DNA of 64,000 nucleotides from Entomortierella parvispora E1425 (Eukaryota; Fungi; Mortierellomycota). Below are positions 63,290 to 64,000 of the stretch, one piece after another. Both the position numbers and the translations under genes were made by a program. The notes beneath the pieces are model-generated. The model ran no database searches, had not been told where the DNA came from, and was given only the letters and a program-made list of their open reading frames with translations. The stretch's first letter is position 1; each line of letters starts with the position of its first letter. The DNA lies in contig BQFW01000001.1 in the NCBI GenBank assembly GCA_020891255.1, positions 806,001 to 870,000 on the forward strand. Direction: 5' to 3'.

Positions 63290-64000
63290 GCTTCAGTGCT
63301 GTTGCAGAGTTGGACTATCATGCGGACACAAAGAATGAATTGAGAGATGGCTGTCAGTTGCTGGTCAAGGTTGATCTCCTCTTCGTCCCACTCGTCCCTG
63401 TCTGTTGAGATGTACAAAAAACAAACAGCTCTTCCCAGTCTTCCCTTAGACCGCATGATTTTGGCGGGAAACATGGAAGGGAGGAGCAGCTGCTGTCCAT
63501 AAGAATGAAGCCAAGGTGGGCAGAATGGGTTTGAGCAACTCAATTGTCATTGTCGTTTGCCTTTTCTTTCCCGCCTCTTTTAAGTATACTCCTAGTTGCA
63601 GTTCATTTGACATCCTGACCCTGCCTGCAAGTGAATGGCTGCTTTCCCAGACGAAGTGTCCCTTCCCATTGATGCAAGGAAAGCATACTGCTGCTCCATG
63701 TCCCGCCACCTCTTGCATGATGCCTTGTTGTTGCCTCACCTGGGATAGTTTGTTTTTTGTTTGTTTTTTTGGCGAGAGGTATGTTGCCGCTTGCGTCGTT
63801 GTTCAGTAGCTGTTGATCTTGTGACAAACAGTCAAGAAAGAGCTGTAGGGCAGAAAAACAGAGATCTCGTAGAGCAACAGTCCATGTCGCTATGTCTCCA
63901 GAGTTGAGAGAACGGTCACCGCAACTTTCACTCGAATCAAAGCTGATGGGAAAGTATGAGGGGGGGGGGGTGAGAATTGCTGTGTGTGTGAGTGTGTGTG

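Overview
Intron-rich fungal genomic DNA; the gene style and the expanded F-box/RNI-like LRR families suggest Mortierellaceae, which is an inference. The window has three zones. (1) 1-9.8 kb is an accessory island. Two near-identical ~1.9-kb direct repeats, each holding a 42-bp-arm inverted repeat and a gene for a 173-aa secreted repeat protein, enclose two broken F-box/LRR genes, gene fragments and a possible retroelement relic. (2) 9.9-41 kb is a compact, mostly housekeeping block: CSE1, LARP1-like, SPB1, PHF5A/RDS3, symplekin/PTA1, DUS4, an RBR E3 ligase, an MscL homologue, a hypothetical membrane protein, CCT7 and an F-box protein. (3) 41.9-53.3 kb is a transposon nest: a non-autonomous Helitron with canonical ends carrying a 177-bp minisatellite, a Harbinger transposase relic, a spliced and apparently uninterrupted MULE transposase, a 150-bp tandem array, a fold-back element, and an inverted pair of diverged small coding exons that brackets the nest. 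A small conserved protein, an SRA1/Sec31-like gene and a very large low-complexity gene with C2H2 and RhoGAP-like segments follow. All alignments, splice models and family assignments were made by eye with no database search. Exon boundaries and homopolymer-associated frameshifts are provisional. No tRNA, rRNA or CRISPR array was recognised.
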